From: an uncultured Clostridia bacterium
Lineage (GTDB): Bacteria; Bacillota; Clostridia; TANB77; CAG-508
Length of the DNA: 64,000 nt
NCBI GenBank assembly: GCA_944390975.1
Contig: CALXRX010000008.1
Location: forward strand, 407-64,406
Direction: 5' to 3'
Positions 20,304 to 29,145 of the stretch are shown here, in pieces; position 1 is the first letter of the stretch; each line of letters opens with the position of its first letter. A model generated the notes under the pieces. That model saw only the letters and a program-made list of their open reading frames with translations. It made no database searches and had not been told where the DNA came from. A program made the translations under genes and the position numbers.

Positions 20304-20489
20304 TTGTTAAGACTAACTCAAATGACATTCCAAGACACAGAAACAGGAGAAGTATTTGTTGCAGAATTGCCAGAAGCATTCGATCTTCTCATTCCAGGAA
20401 ATAACGAGCTTGCGGCAAATGTGGCGGCTGGTTGCCTCCTTGTTGGAGGCTACAATTGGCTAAAAGACGTGCTACCTTCAAAAATGTAG
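20304..20489 (+). CDS. Small acidic hypothetical protein in the foreign islet
   Basis: 61-aa ORF. TTG start after AAAGGA, with an alternative ATG at 20322. Higher G+C than the surroundings. Ends at a shared GC-rich terminator. Confidence 0.4.
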   Translation: MLRLTQMTFQDTETGEVFVAELPEAFDLLIPGNNELAANVAAGCLLVGGYNWLKDVLPSKM

Positions 20490-20497
20490 TGCAAAAA

Positions 20498-20526
20498 GGG
20501 AGGTGGAAGATAATCTTCCACCTCCC
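20498..20526. terminator. Strong bidirectional terminator between the convergent islet genes
   Basis: Perfect 12-bp stem gggaggtggaag / cttccacctccc. Confidence 0.7.
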
Positions 20527-20536
20527 TTTAAAGTCT

Positions 20537-21553
20537 TCAGACGGGTTTAGCAAATTTTTTTGCAAATATCTTAAGTAAAGTCATAATAGAAATATACGGA
20601 CAACGTTTTGTTAATTCAGGATAATTTTCCAACCATTTTCTGAAGTGTTGCTTAAGATCTCTTTGTATAATATTAAGTTTCATTTCTTGAAACTTCTCTG
20701 GAAACTTTCTACACAATGCGTTCAGAATACCAGTATAAGTAACTTTATTAGCAGTACAGGCAACAATAAATGCCTTAGTAATCAGTTCTTCATCTGTTGT
20801 CATTCCTATATCTGCCAAAAACGAACCAACCTGTTCTTCTACTTCCTTTGAATTATCTAGCCTATCTAAGGCAAATCCAATAGTTTCGATTAAGGCTGCT
20901 TCATAGTCAACTTTATCAGGTTTCTCAATCTTATCTGATTTATCGGGTTTCAATTTTACAGCAGTAAAATCGAAAGTACTTGGCAACTGACTTAATATTT
21001 TTGACAAAAATTTCGGAGTAACTTTCCCCATAACTTTTTGAAATCTTTCTGGCCGGACCTCTTTGCCTTTTTTTAGCAATACAATTCCATCTGCACATTT
21101 AGTACATATTGGAAGTCCATGCTGTAGCCGATTGTTATTCCCCCTTACTATTGGCACCACATATGGCATGCCAGCATCAGATATGTCACAAACAATAGCT
21201 GGTATACAGCCATTCATTTCTCCAGAAAGATGTTTACCATAGTTACATTCTACAATATCGCCAACTGAATATTTAATACATGACCTATTATTGCACCTTA
21301 AAGATATTTCATCAATTGCCGATGTAACAAAGCTTTCTATCTCGTCTTCAGAAACGTTGCTTTCAGTTATTGCCAAATGTGCAACTTTTAAAACTTTGCC
21401 TACGAGTTCCCGAATATTTTTATTTTCAAAATATATACTCGTACTATTAGTAATATCCTGCAAAAGCAAAGAAGATATTTCATTAATTTCTTTTAAAGAC
21501 AAAAGAAGATTTTCTACTTTAGGCTCAATTGCTTTAGGCGTTGTTTTTTCCAT
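20537..21553 (-). CDS. Three-part protein with a central PemK/MazF-like (SH3-barrel toxin fold) domain
   Basis: 338 aa. Residues ~95-195, VGDIVECNYGKHLSGEMNGCIPAIVCDISDAGMPYVVPIV...VLLKKGKEVRPERF, follow the MazF pattern GDI..........G.E..G..PA.V.........V.PI (the conserved R before the P is I here). Helical N- and C-terminal extensions. Uses 3 in-frame CGG codons. Confidence 0.6.
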   Translation of the reverse strand: MEKTTPKAIEPKVENLLLSLKEINEISSLLLQDITNSTSIYFENKNIRELVGKVLKVAHLAITESNVSEDEIESFVTSAIDEISLRCNNRSCIKYSVGDIVECNYGKHLSGEMNGCIPAIVCDISDAGMPYVVPIVRGNNNRLQHGLPICTKCADGIVLLKKGKEVRPERFQKVMGKVTPKFLSKILSQLPSTFDFTAVKLKPDKSDKIEKPDKVDYEAALIETIGFALDRLDNSKEVEEQVGSFLADIGMTTDEELITKAFIVACTANKVTYTGILNALCRKFPEKFQEMKLNIIQRDLKQHFRKWLENYPELTKRCPYISIMTLLKIFAKKFAKPV

Positions 21554-21755
21554 TTTGTTCTTTCTCCTTTTTTACAAAAAAATTTTTTTCTACTTTAATA
21601 AGTATCTTCTGGTTGTGATTGTCGCATTCTTTAATCCTCCTTGTTTAATTTGTTTGCCTTGTTGCTACATACTTAGATATTATTCTCCTTTCTTTTAGAC
21701 TTTTTGCTTTATTCATAGGAAAAAAACTCTATGAATTATACAGAATTATGTAAAT

Positions 21756-21784
21756 ATTATATCACTTTTAAGGCTTTATTTCAA
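21756..21784 (-). promoter_or_regulatory. Sigma-A-type promoter about 200 nt upstream of the MazF-like gene
   Basis: Coding-strand TTGAAA, 17 nt, TATAAT. The long leader contains a 10-codon uORF (21595-21627) with a perfect AAGGAGG RBS. Confidence 0.5.
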
Positions 21785-21894
21785 TACTTTTGATCTCTCT
21801 ACTTTCTTATATTTTGCATAAAAGCTTAACATTAATTAGATGGCAACATAAAAGAGGTTACGTTTTTGTAACCCCCATTTCTTATTTATTTTTT

Positions 21895-22071
21895 CTAATC
21901 ATTTGCTTCAACTGGTGCATCTACTGGACAAACTCCTGCACAAGTTCCACATCCTATACATGCATCTTGGTCTATAACATATTTATCATCACCTTGTGAT
22001 ATGCATTCTACTGGACAATTTGCAGCACAAGCTCCACAACTAATACATTTATCTGTAATTTTATATGCCAT
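21895..22071 (-). CDS. fdx: 2x[4Fe-4S] clostridial-type ferredoxin (58 aa), not in the ORF track
   Basis: My translation: MAYKITDKCISCGACAANCPVECISQGDDKYVIDQDACIGCGTCAGVCPVDAPVEAND. A terminator hairpin ggttac..gtaacc lies downstream. Confidence 0.9.
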   Translation of the reverse strand: MAYKITDKCISCGACAANCPVECISQGDDKYVIDQDACIGCGTCAGVCPVDAPVEAND

Positions 22072-22126
22072 GTTTTTCGCCTCCTTTATTTTTACATCTT
22101 ATTTATATAATTAATATTTATGACTA

Positions 22127-23050
22127 TTATATATCATCTTCTTGTTCTTTTATATCTTGTTCTTCTAATTTTTCTAATTCCTTAAGTTCTTTTAATTCTT
22201 CTTTATCTATTCCTGATATTTCATCTTTTTCTTCAACATCTTTTATTAGTTTTAAATCTTTTGCATCAAATTTTTTGTAAAAGAATCCATCTTTATCTTT
22301 AAATTTTACTCTTACTTTTTCTTTAAGAATTTCAACAGAATCTACAATTCCTTCTCCTTCTTCTTCAGCTTCCACTATTGCTCCTACTCGAGGAAGTTTT
22401 GCTAATTTTTCTTCGTATACTTCTTGTTCATATTTTAAACAACACATAAGTCTACCACAATTTCCAGATATCTTTGATGGGTTTAATGAAATATTTTGTT
22501 CTTTTGCCATTTTTATTGATACTGTTTCAAAATTTCCTAAAAATGAACAACAACATAATTCCCTTCCGCATATTCCATTTCCACCAATTCTTTTTATTTC
22601 ATCTCTTACTCCTATTTGACGAAGCTCTATTCTAGTTTTAAATATTGCAGCTAAATCTTTTACAAGTTCTCTAAAATCTATTCTTCCATCTGCTGTAAAG
22701 TAAAATAGTAGTTTACTATTATCAAATTTATATTCCACATCAATTAAATTCATATCTAATTTATGTTTCTTTATTTGTTTTAAGCAGATATCAAAAGCTT
22801 CTTTCTCTTTTTGTTTATTTGCTTCGTAATGCTTTTTATCTTTATATGTAGCAACTCTAATAATTGGTTTTAATGGATTTTCTATTTTTTCTTCCTTTAT
22901 CATTCTATTTTCTATAACTACTTCTGCATATTCTTCTCCCATAGATGTTTCTACTATTACATACTGTCCTTTTTGCAATTTATTGTGCTTAGGATCAAAA
23001 AAATATATTTTTCCAGGTCTTTTAAATCTTACTCCTATAATTTCTTTCAA
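22127..23050 (-). CDS. ricT: PSP1-domain protein (stage 0 sporulation protein YaaT / RicT)
   Basis: 307 aa. Conserved GICGRELCCCSFL and CGRLMCCLKYE cysteine motifs. Synteny with holB. Confidence 0.85.
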   Translation of the reverse strand: MKEIIGVRFKRPGKIYFFDPKHNKLQKGQYVIVETSMGEEYAEVVIENRMIKEEKIENPLKPIIRVATYKDKKHYEANKQKEKEAFDICLKQIKKHKLDMNLIDVEYKFDNSKLLFYFTADGRIDFRELVKDLAAIFKTRIELRQIGVRDEIKRIGGNGICGRELCCCSFLGNFETVSIKMAKEQNISLNPSKISGNCGRLMCCLKYEQEVYEEKLAKLPRVGAIVEAEEEGEGIVDSVEILKEKVRVKFKDKDGFFYKKFDAKDLKLIKDVEEKDEISGIDKEELKELKELEKLEEQDIKEQEDDI

Positions 23051-23053
23051 ATA

Positions 23054-23953
23054 TTATTCCTCCCATATTTTATATAACATATTATCAATACTCATATCAT
23101 AATTGCTATTTTGTTTTAAACTTTTTTTCGTTTGTTCTACTGCTTCTATATATCTTATGTATTTTAAATTATTTATCGCTTTGCTAGATAATATAATATT
23201 AATATAGTCTAATATTTCATAAATATTTTCTTTGTTTTTGTATAAAAAATCTAATTTATTTATTACATCTAGTAATTTATAATTTTCTATATTTAAAAAT
23301 ATTTTTGCAGCTTCTTCATAATCTTGCTTTTTTTCATTTACTTTTAATGCCTTTTCAATACTTCCTTCACAGGCTTTTAGAAGTGCTTCATTCATTGTAA
23401 ACCCATGATTATCTTCAAAAAATTTTTTAAGAAGATTATCTTGTATTTTACTAAAAGCAATCTTTACACACCTTGATTTTATTGTGTTTAAAAATAGACT
23501 TTCATTTGTACCTGTCATTATAATTGTAATAAAGCTAGGTGGCTCTTCTAATGTTTTTAATAAACAATTTGATGCATCTCGTGTCATTAGGTCTGCGTCT
23601 TTTATTATATATACTTTTTTATTAGATATAATTGGTTTTTCTAAAATTTTTAATTGCATTTGTCGTATTTGTTCTATTTTTATTGTAGTATTATCTGGCT
23701 CTATTATTATTAAGTCTGGATTATTATTGTTTTCTAATTCTATACAAGATTTGCATTTCCCACATGGTTTTGTTCCATTAGTTTGGCATAAAATCATTTT
23801 TGCAAATTCTTTTGCAAATAGAGTTTTACCTATTCCACTTGGTCCTACAAACATATAACTGTGTGTTAAATTATTGTTTTGTATTATATTATTTAATGTT
23901 TCTTTTATTTGCTCATTTCCAATTAGTGTTTCAAAACTCAAATTTAATAGCAT
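23054..23953 (-). CDS. holB: DNA polymerase III subunit delta prime
   Basis: 299 aa. Contains GPSGIGKT and the zinc-module cysteines CGKCKSC. Confidence 0.85.
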   Translation of the reverse strand: MLLNLSFETLIGNEQIKETLNNIIQNNNLTHSYMFVGPSGIGKTLFAKEFAKMILCQTNGTKPCGKCKSCIELENNNNPDLIIIEPDNTTIKIEQIRQMQLKILEKPIISNKKVYIIKDADLMTRDASNCLLKTLEEPPSFITIIMTGTNESLFLNTIKSRCVKIAFSKIQDNLLKKFFEDNHGFTMNEALLKACEGSIEKALKVNEKKQDYEEAAKIFLNIENYKLLDVINKLDFLYKNKENIYEILDYINIILSSKAINNLKYIRYIEAVEQTKKSLKQNSNYDMSIDNMLYKIWEE

Positions 23954-23974
23954 TCCTTTCCTAAATAATACTAT

Positions 23975-24625
23975 TTAATCTACTTTTCCAAATAAATTAA
24001 GTGGCCAAAATCTAATCCATACTACACTTTCTATTTTTTCTAATGGAACACATCCAAATCTTCTTGAATCTGTGCTTTGCGTTCTATTATCTCCCATTAC
24101 AAATACACAATTTTCTGGAACTACTATATCTGTAAATGGTCCATTTAATGAATCTGTTTCTACAGTAGGCTCTAAATAATCTTCTTGTAATTCTTCGCCA
24201 TTTATATATACTTTTCCATTCTCAATTTTTACATGCTCTCCTGGTAACCCTATTACTCTTTTTATATAGCTATCTTTTCCTATTTCTAATATATAGTATC
24301 TAAATTTTGAAAATAAACTATTTATATTATGATTATACTCGGCAATTGGATTACTTAAATCAGCTTCAGCTGCCGAATAATATGATTTTGATGGTGCTTC
24401 AAAAGTTATTATTTCTCCTCTTTTAGGTAATGTATGTGTAATTCTAATTGTTCTGTTTAGAATTAATCTTTGCCCTTCTTTTAATGTAGGAAACATTGAA
24501 GGTTGTTGCACAATTGTAGGTGTTCCTATAAAATATCTTACTAATAAAGCTAAAACAACTGCTATTACTATACAATATACCCATTCTAATATTTCTTTTA
24601 TTTTTATCTTTTTTTCTTCATCCAT
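23975..24625 (-). CDS. lepB: Signal peptidase I
   Basis: 216 aa. N-terminal TM, SMFPTL (catalytic Ser box), GDNRTQSTDSR box. Confidence 0.9.
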   Translation of the reverse strand: MDEEKKIKIKEILEWVYCIVIAVVLALLVRYFIGTPTIVQQPSMFPTLKEGQRLILNRTIRITHTLPKRGEIITFEAPSKSYYSAAEADLSNPIAEYNHNINSLFSKFRYYILEIGKDSYIKRVIGLPGEHVKIENGKVYINGEELQEDYLEPTVETDSLNGPFTDIVVPENCVFVMGDNRTQSTDSRRFGCVPLEKIESVVWIRFWPLNLFGKVD

Positions 24626-24720
24626 CAGCTAAGACTTCCTTTCAAGGTTATCTATCATCTTTTCAATTATATCTTAAAATTCTATTTTTATCAAGATATT
24701 TAATAACTTAAGTAATTTTT

Positions 24721-24767
24721 TGTTACAGTTCAGACTATAAGTACTTAATTGATAGATAATTGTAACA
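24721..24767. repeat. Solo arm of the MITE-like family closed by a tgttaca/tgtaaca stem
   Basis: tgttacagttcagactataagtacttaattgatagataattgtaaca. Confidence 0.6.
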
Positions 24768-24809
24768 TTTCTTTTAATTCACCATTAAATTATCTAAAAA
24801 ATTTTCTTT

Positions 24810-26256
24810 CTACTTTTTAGTTGGTATTCTAATTACTACTTCTGTTCCTTTTCCTTGCTCACTTTTTATATCTATACTACCTTCATTTTTATCTAATATT
24901 TCTTTAGCAATAGAAAGTCCTAGTCCTGTACCTCCCATATCTCTTGTACGTGCTTTGTCAACTCTATAAAACCTTTCAAAAATTCTACTTAAATCTTCTT
25001 CTGGTATACCAAGTCCATTGTCTATTACTTTTATATATGCATCATTATATACAAATCCTACATATATCTTAATATGTCCTCCTTCTTTTGTATATTTTAT
25101 GCTATTTGTTAGTATGTTTAATACTACTCTTTCTATTCCATATTTATCTGCATATACAGGTGGAACATTTGCTGTTACAAAACATTCTACATAATGATGC
25201 TTTTTATCAATTTCTAATTGCAATTTTTCTTGGCATTGTTTTACAAGGTTTCCTAAATCAAATTCTTCTTTTTGAACTTGAACTTGATTATTATCAAATC
25301 TTGATAAAGCAAGTAAATCTGTTACAAGTTTAGCCATTCTTCTTGCTTCATTTGCAATTACATTTAAAAATTTCTCTTGTGTTTGCTTGTCATATTCACC
25401 TTCTAATAGAGTATCTGCATACCCCATAATTGAAGTGATTGGTGTTTTTAATTCGTGTGATACATCTGCAACAAATTCTTTTCTCATATTGTCTAGCCTT
25501 ACATGCTCAGTAATGTCTTGTATAACAACCATAACACCTGCTGCTCTATCTGATTCATCTTTTAATGGTGCAAAGAATAAATTAATATGTTTATCTCCTA
25601 CACTTATTCTTTCTTCAGAAGATGTCCATGCATCTAAATAAATTATTTTTTCCATGTTTATATCTACATTTAATTTTTTAAATATTTTTTCAAAGTTTTC
25701 ATCTTCTGGCATAATTCTAAGTAGTCTTGTTGCTGCTGGATTTACTAAAATTATTTTTCCGTCCATATTAAAAGCAATAATTCCATCTGTCATATGCAAT
25801 AGTATTGTTTCAATTTGCTTTTTTTGTCTTGATACTTCATTTAAATTTTCCTTAATTTCTGTTGTCATCATACCAATAGTTCCAGCTATTTCGTCCATTT
25901 CTTTACTGTTGTTTTTTTTGTTTTCTTTTTCAATGCCGTACTTCTTCTCCTGTTGCAATTTTTCTTGCACTGTCAATTAATCTATTCATTGGAATAGTTA
26001 TTTTTGTTACAACAAAAATGGCTATTACTACAGATATTACTAAAAACGCAAATACTAAATATATAGATAACAAACCACCTTGACTAATTGTATCTGCTAT
26101 TTTAGATGTTGCCTGCTGTATATCGAAATTTTGTGTAAGTAAAATGTTGTTAATATTATTTAAATTTACTAAAAAATATGTACTAATACCAACTAATAAA
26201 AAAGTTGCTATAACTGCAAATATTAGTATTATTTTTAATTGTACATTCTTAACCAT
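24810..26256 (-). CDS. Sensor histidine kinase (2 TM, HAMP, PAS, HisKA, HATPase), requires a +1 shift at CGG 25936-25938
   Basis: The upstream ORF ends ...IATGEEV-CGG-CAT-TGA. The +1 frame continues GIEKEN...DEIAGTIGMM (HAMP), then the H-box HELKTPITSI and the N, G1 and G2 boxes. Confidence 0.85.
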
Positions 26257-26336
26257 TTTTTCTCCTTCATTTTCTTTAACATATATTTTTTAAGGTCAAA
26301 GGTCTTTTTTGACCTTCGACCTTATTTTCTTTTACT

Positions 26337-27071
26337 TTATTTTGATGCTATATAATATCCTACTCCTCTTTTGGTAATTAATATCTTAGGAGCTGATGTG
26401 TCTTTTTCTATTTTTTCACGAATTCTTCTAACTGTAACATCAACAGTTCTTATATCTCCGTAATATTCATATCCCCATACTTTTTCTAATAAAATTTCTC
26501 TTGTGATAACTTGTCCTGGTTGATTTGCTAAATATTTTAATACTTCAAATTCTCTTAAAGTTAAATCTACTACTTCGTCTTTAACTCTAACTTCAAATTT
26601 GTCTAAATCTAAACTTAAATCTCCAACTACAATTTTATTTGATGTTTCTGCTCTTTCTTGTGTTTTATCATTTGTTAGGGTTACTTCTGCTTTTCTTAAA
26701 TTTGCTTTTATTCTAGCCATTAATTCTCTTACACTAAATGGTTTTGTTACATAATCATCTGCACCTAATTCTAACCCAAGTATTTTATCTATTTCTTCAT
26801 CTTTTGCAGTTAACATTAAAATAGGTACATTTAATGTGTGTCGTATTCTTTTACATACAGCAAGCCCATCCATTTTAGGAAGCATTATATCTAATAAAAT
26901 TAAGTCTGGTTTTTTAGTTAGTGCAATATCTACTGCTGTTAAGCCATCATTTGCTTGTAATGTATTATATCCTTCTTTTTCTAGGTTATATACTAAAATA
27001 TCTACAATATGTTGTTCGTCATCTACAATTAGTATGGTTTTTTTGTCATTATCTATTTTTTCTTCCTCCAT
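26337..27071 (-). CDS. OmpR/PhoB-family response regulator
   Basis: 244 aa. Receiver domain (DDEQ...LLDIMLPKMDG...K) plus a winged-helix DNA-binding domain. Confidence 0.9.
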   Translation of the reverse strand: MEEEKIDNDKKTILIVDDEQHIVDILVYNLEKEGYNTLQANDGLTAVDIALTKKPDLILLDIMLPKMDGLAVCKRIRHTLNVPILMLTAKDEEIDKILGLELGADDYVTKPFSVRELMARIKANLRKAEVTLTNDKTQERAETSNKIVVGDLSLDLDKFEVRVKDEVVDLTLREFEVLKYLANQPGQVITREILLEKVWGYEYYGDIRTVDVTVRRIREKIEKDTSAPKILITKRGVGYYIASK

Positions 27072-27146
27072 AAGGCTAACACCCCTAATCTTTTAAAATA
27101 TCTATGATAAAAATATATCATAGATATTGGTTTTGTACAATACTTT

Positions 27147-28022
27147 TTAAATATTTTCTTCTAATGCTACATGTATTAATGCCATTCTTACATATACTCC
27201 ATTTTGTACTTGTTTAAATATTCTTGACTTTTCACATTCTACAACATCATCTGCAATTTCTACACCTCTATTAAATGGTGCTGGATGCATTATTATACTA
27301 GTAGGTTTCATTTGGTCTACTCTTTGTTTATTTAATCCGTAAGCTTTATGATATTCTTCTACTGTTTCTTGCATTGATGTTGAGTGTCTTTCATGTTGTA
27401 CTCTTAAAAGCATAACAATATCTACTTTGTCAATAATTTCATCTAGTTCAACATAATTATATCCTTCTTCTTTATATTCTTCTGGTCCAGATATATAAAC
27501 AGTCATTCCAAGCCTTTGCATTACTTTTATATTAGTATGAGCAACTCTTGAATGTTTTATATCTCCAACAATAACTATTTTTAATCCTTCAAATTTTCCA
27601 AATTCTTGCTTTATTGTTAATAAATCTAATAAAGATTGTGAAGGATGATTTCCAGTTCCATCACCAGCATTTAGTATTGGTATGTTTATTTTTCCCACTA
27701 ATTGGTTATAATATTCATTTTCAACATGTCTAATAACTAATGCATCTGTTCCAAACATTTCAAAAGTTTTTACAGTGTCATACAAACTTTCACCTTTTTT
27801 TAAACTTGAATTTCCTGAATCAAAATTTTGTGTTTTACATCCCAACCTTAGTGCTGCCATATCAAAACTATAGTGTGTTCTTGTAGATGGCTCAAAAAAT
27901 AAATTTGATATTACCTTTTTTCCTTCGTAATCTACTTTTTTTCCATTTTTAAATTCTTCTGCTAAATTAAGTATTTTTTCTATTTGTTCTACTGAAAAAT
28001 CATCTAAGTTAAGTATGTTCAA
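27147..28022 (-). CDS. pyrB: Aspartate carbamoyltransferase catalytic subunit
   Basis: Motifs EPSTRTHYSF and HPSQSLLD. I prefer the TTG at 28022 (RBS AAGGAGAGG, 6 nt spacing). The ORF-track start is at 28082. Confidence 0.85.
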   Translation of the reverse strand: MNILNLDDFSVEQIEKILNLAEEFKNGKKVDYEGKKVISNLFFEPSTRTHYSFDMAALRLGCKTQNFDSGNSSLKKGESLYDTVKTFEMFGTDALVIRHVENEYYNQLVGKINIPILNAGDGTGNHPSQSLLDLLTIKQEFGKFEGLKIVIVGDIKHSRVAHTNIKVMQRLGMTVYISGPEEYKEEGYNYVELDEIIDKVDIVMLLRVQHERHSTSMQETVEEYHKAYGLNKQRVDQMKPTSIIMHPAPFNRGVEIADDVVECEKSRIFKQVQNGVYVRMALIHVALEENI

Positions 28023-28106
28023 TTTAATCCTCTCCTTTTTTGACATTTTTTTTATTGTAGCACTAGAATTAAATTTACACAAGTATTTTTTTCTAAAGAA
28101 TTTTAA

Positions 28107-28250
28107 CTATAGTTTTAACAGCTTTTTATAATTTTTTGAAAAGCCCATTTTACATAGAACTTTATCAATTGAAATTGTATTTAATTCTTTCTCTAATTTT
28201 TCAATACTTTTTATTATTAAATTATAGAAATCATTAAATTCCTTTTCCAA
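28107..28250 (-). CDS. Possible 47-aa helical peptide between the pyrB leader terminator and pyrB
   Basis: TTG start 5 nt after GGAGGT. Sequence MEKEFNDFYNLIIKSIEKLEKELNTISIDKVLCKMGFSKNYKKLLKL. Speculative. Confidence 0.25.
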   Translation of the reverse strand: MEKEFNDFYNLIIKSIEKLEKELNTISIDKVLCKMGFSKNYKKLLKL

Positions 28251-28265
28251 TATTTACCTCCATAT

Positions 28266-28304
28266 AACAGAAAATACCTCGGGTTTTTAGTTTTCCCCCG
28301 AGGT
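28266..28304 (-). terminator. Leader terminator (attenuator) upstream of pyrB
   Basis: 8-bp GC stem acctcggg/cccgaggt followed by AUUUUCUGUU on the minus strand. Lies downstream of the promoter at 28361-28390. Confidence 0.55.
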
Positions 28305-28360
28305 ATGATTATTTCCGAGTCCAGTCCCGTAGGTTGCTGAACTACTGATCTACTATAGAT

Positions 28361-28390
28361 AGTATAACCTTTAAATCTTAATTTTGTCAA
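28361..28390 (-). promoter_or_regulatory. Sigma-A-type promoter of the pyrB leader
   Basis: Coding-strand TTGACA, 18 nt, TATACT. Confidence 0.5.
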
Positions 28391-28642
28391 GCAAAATGTT
28401 AACTTTAATCTATTAGTATTATTATATTATTATTTATAAAATTTATTCTAATCTAGGTAAAAGATTTATTTTTTTGTTTTTCCCGGAAAATTCATTTGAA
28501 ATGCAACAAAAATTTTCTTTTTTATATGAATTTCAATAAAATTTCTAGTAAAAAATGTATTAAAATTATCATATTCCCAAATATTGTCAGATAATTATTT
28601 TATCCTAGTAAAAAAGTTTTGCAAAAATTTGTTCTTATTTTG

Positions 28643-28671
28643 TTGCTTTTCATAATTTCTTATGCTATACT
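28643..28671 (+). promoter_or_regulatory. Promoter of the candidate type I toxin transcript
   Basis: TTGCTT, 17 nt, TATACT. The predicted start falls just before the left inverted repeat at 28681. Confidence 0.4.
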
Positions 28672-28757
28672 ATCTAACACAGGAAATGAATATAAAGCAG
28701 ATGTGTGTTGCCACTGAACAACATAGTTTCTAACTATGGGGAAGTGAGGTGGTGTTT

Positions 28758-28859
28758 ATGGAATTTATATTATTTATAATATATGCATTGGGATTTTCCC
28801 TAACTATAAACGTATCCTTATTGACAGTTATATACATACTTTTGACAAATAAGGAATAA
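28758..28859 (+). CDS. Candidate type I toxin: 33-aa hydrophobic peptide
   Basis: RBS GAGGTGG. Sequence MEFILFIIYALGFSLTINVSLLTVIYILLTNKE. The stop is followed by the hairpin agacactacatt..aatgtagtgtct. The transcript ends are complementary (28681-28714 versus 28916-28945). Confidence 0.45.
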   Translation: MEFILFIIYALGFSLTINVSLLTVIYILLTNKE

Positions 28860-29145
28860 ACAAAGACACTACATTATGCTTTGGCAGGCAATGTAGTGTC
28901 TTAACTTGAATATATGTGACAACACATTTCTGTGTTTCATTTCCTATATTTATTATACATAGATAATTAAGATTTGTCAAACGATTTTAGAAATTTATGC
29001 TATCATCATTTAGTAACTTAATTGACGAAAATAAATAATAAAATAGTAAAAATAAAAATATAAAACAAGATGCATATAAACTATTGTGTAACAAGTTATT
29101 TTATGCTATTATATATTTATCAAATTTAATACGAGGAGGATTATT

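Noticed and set aside
21645-21716. A 23-codon basic uORF (MNKAKSLKERRIISKYVATRQTN) in the leader of the MazF-like gene as an antitoxin candidate.
   Set aside because: It has no RBS and is too short and basic for a typical antitoxin. Only the downstream 10-codon uORF has a translation signal.
24810-26256. Calling 25930-26256 and 24810-25976 two separate genes (a small membrane protein plus a soluble kinase).
   Set aside because: The first ORF ends inside a HAMP linker, and the N-terminal 15 residues of the second ORF are out-of-frame read-through. Joined at the CGG, they form a standard TM-HAMP-PAS-HisKA-HATPase kinase.
28310-28345. The plus-strand sequence gagtccagtcccgtaggttgc as a PyrR-binding loop.
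   Set aside because: It is on the wrong strand relative to pyrB and is a poor match to UCCAGAGAGG.
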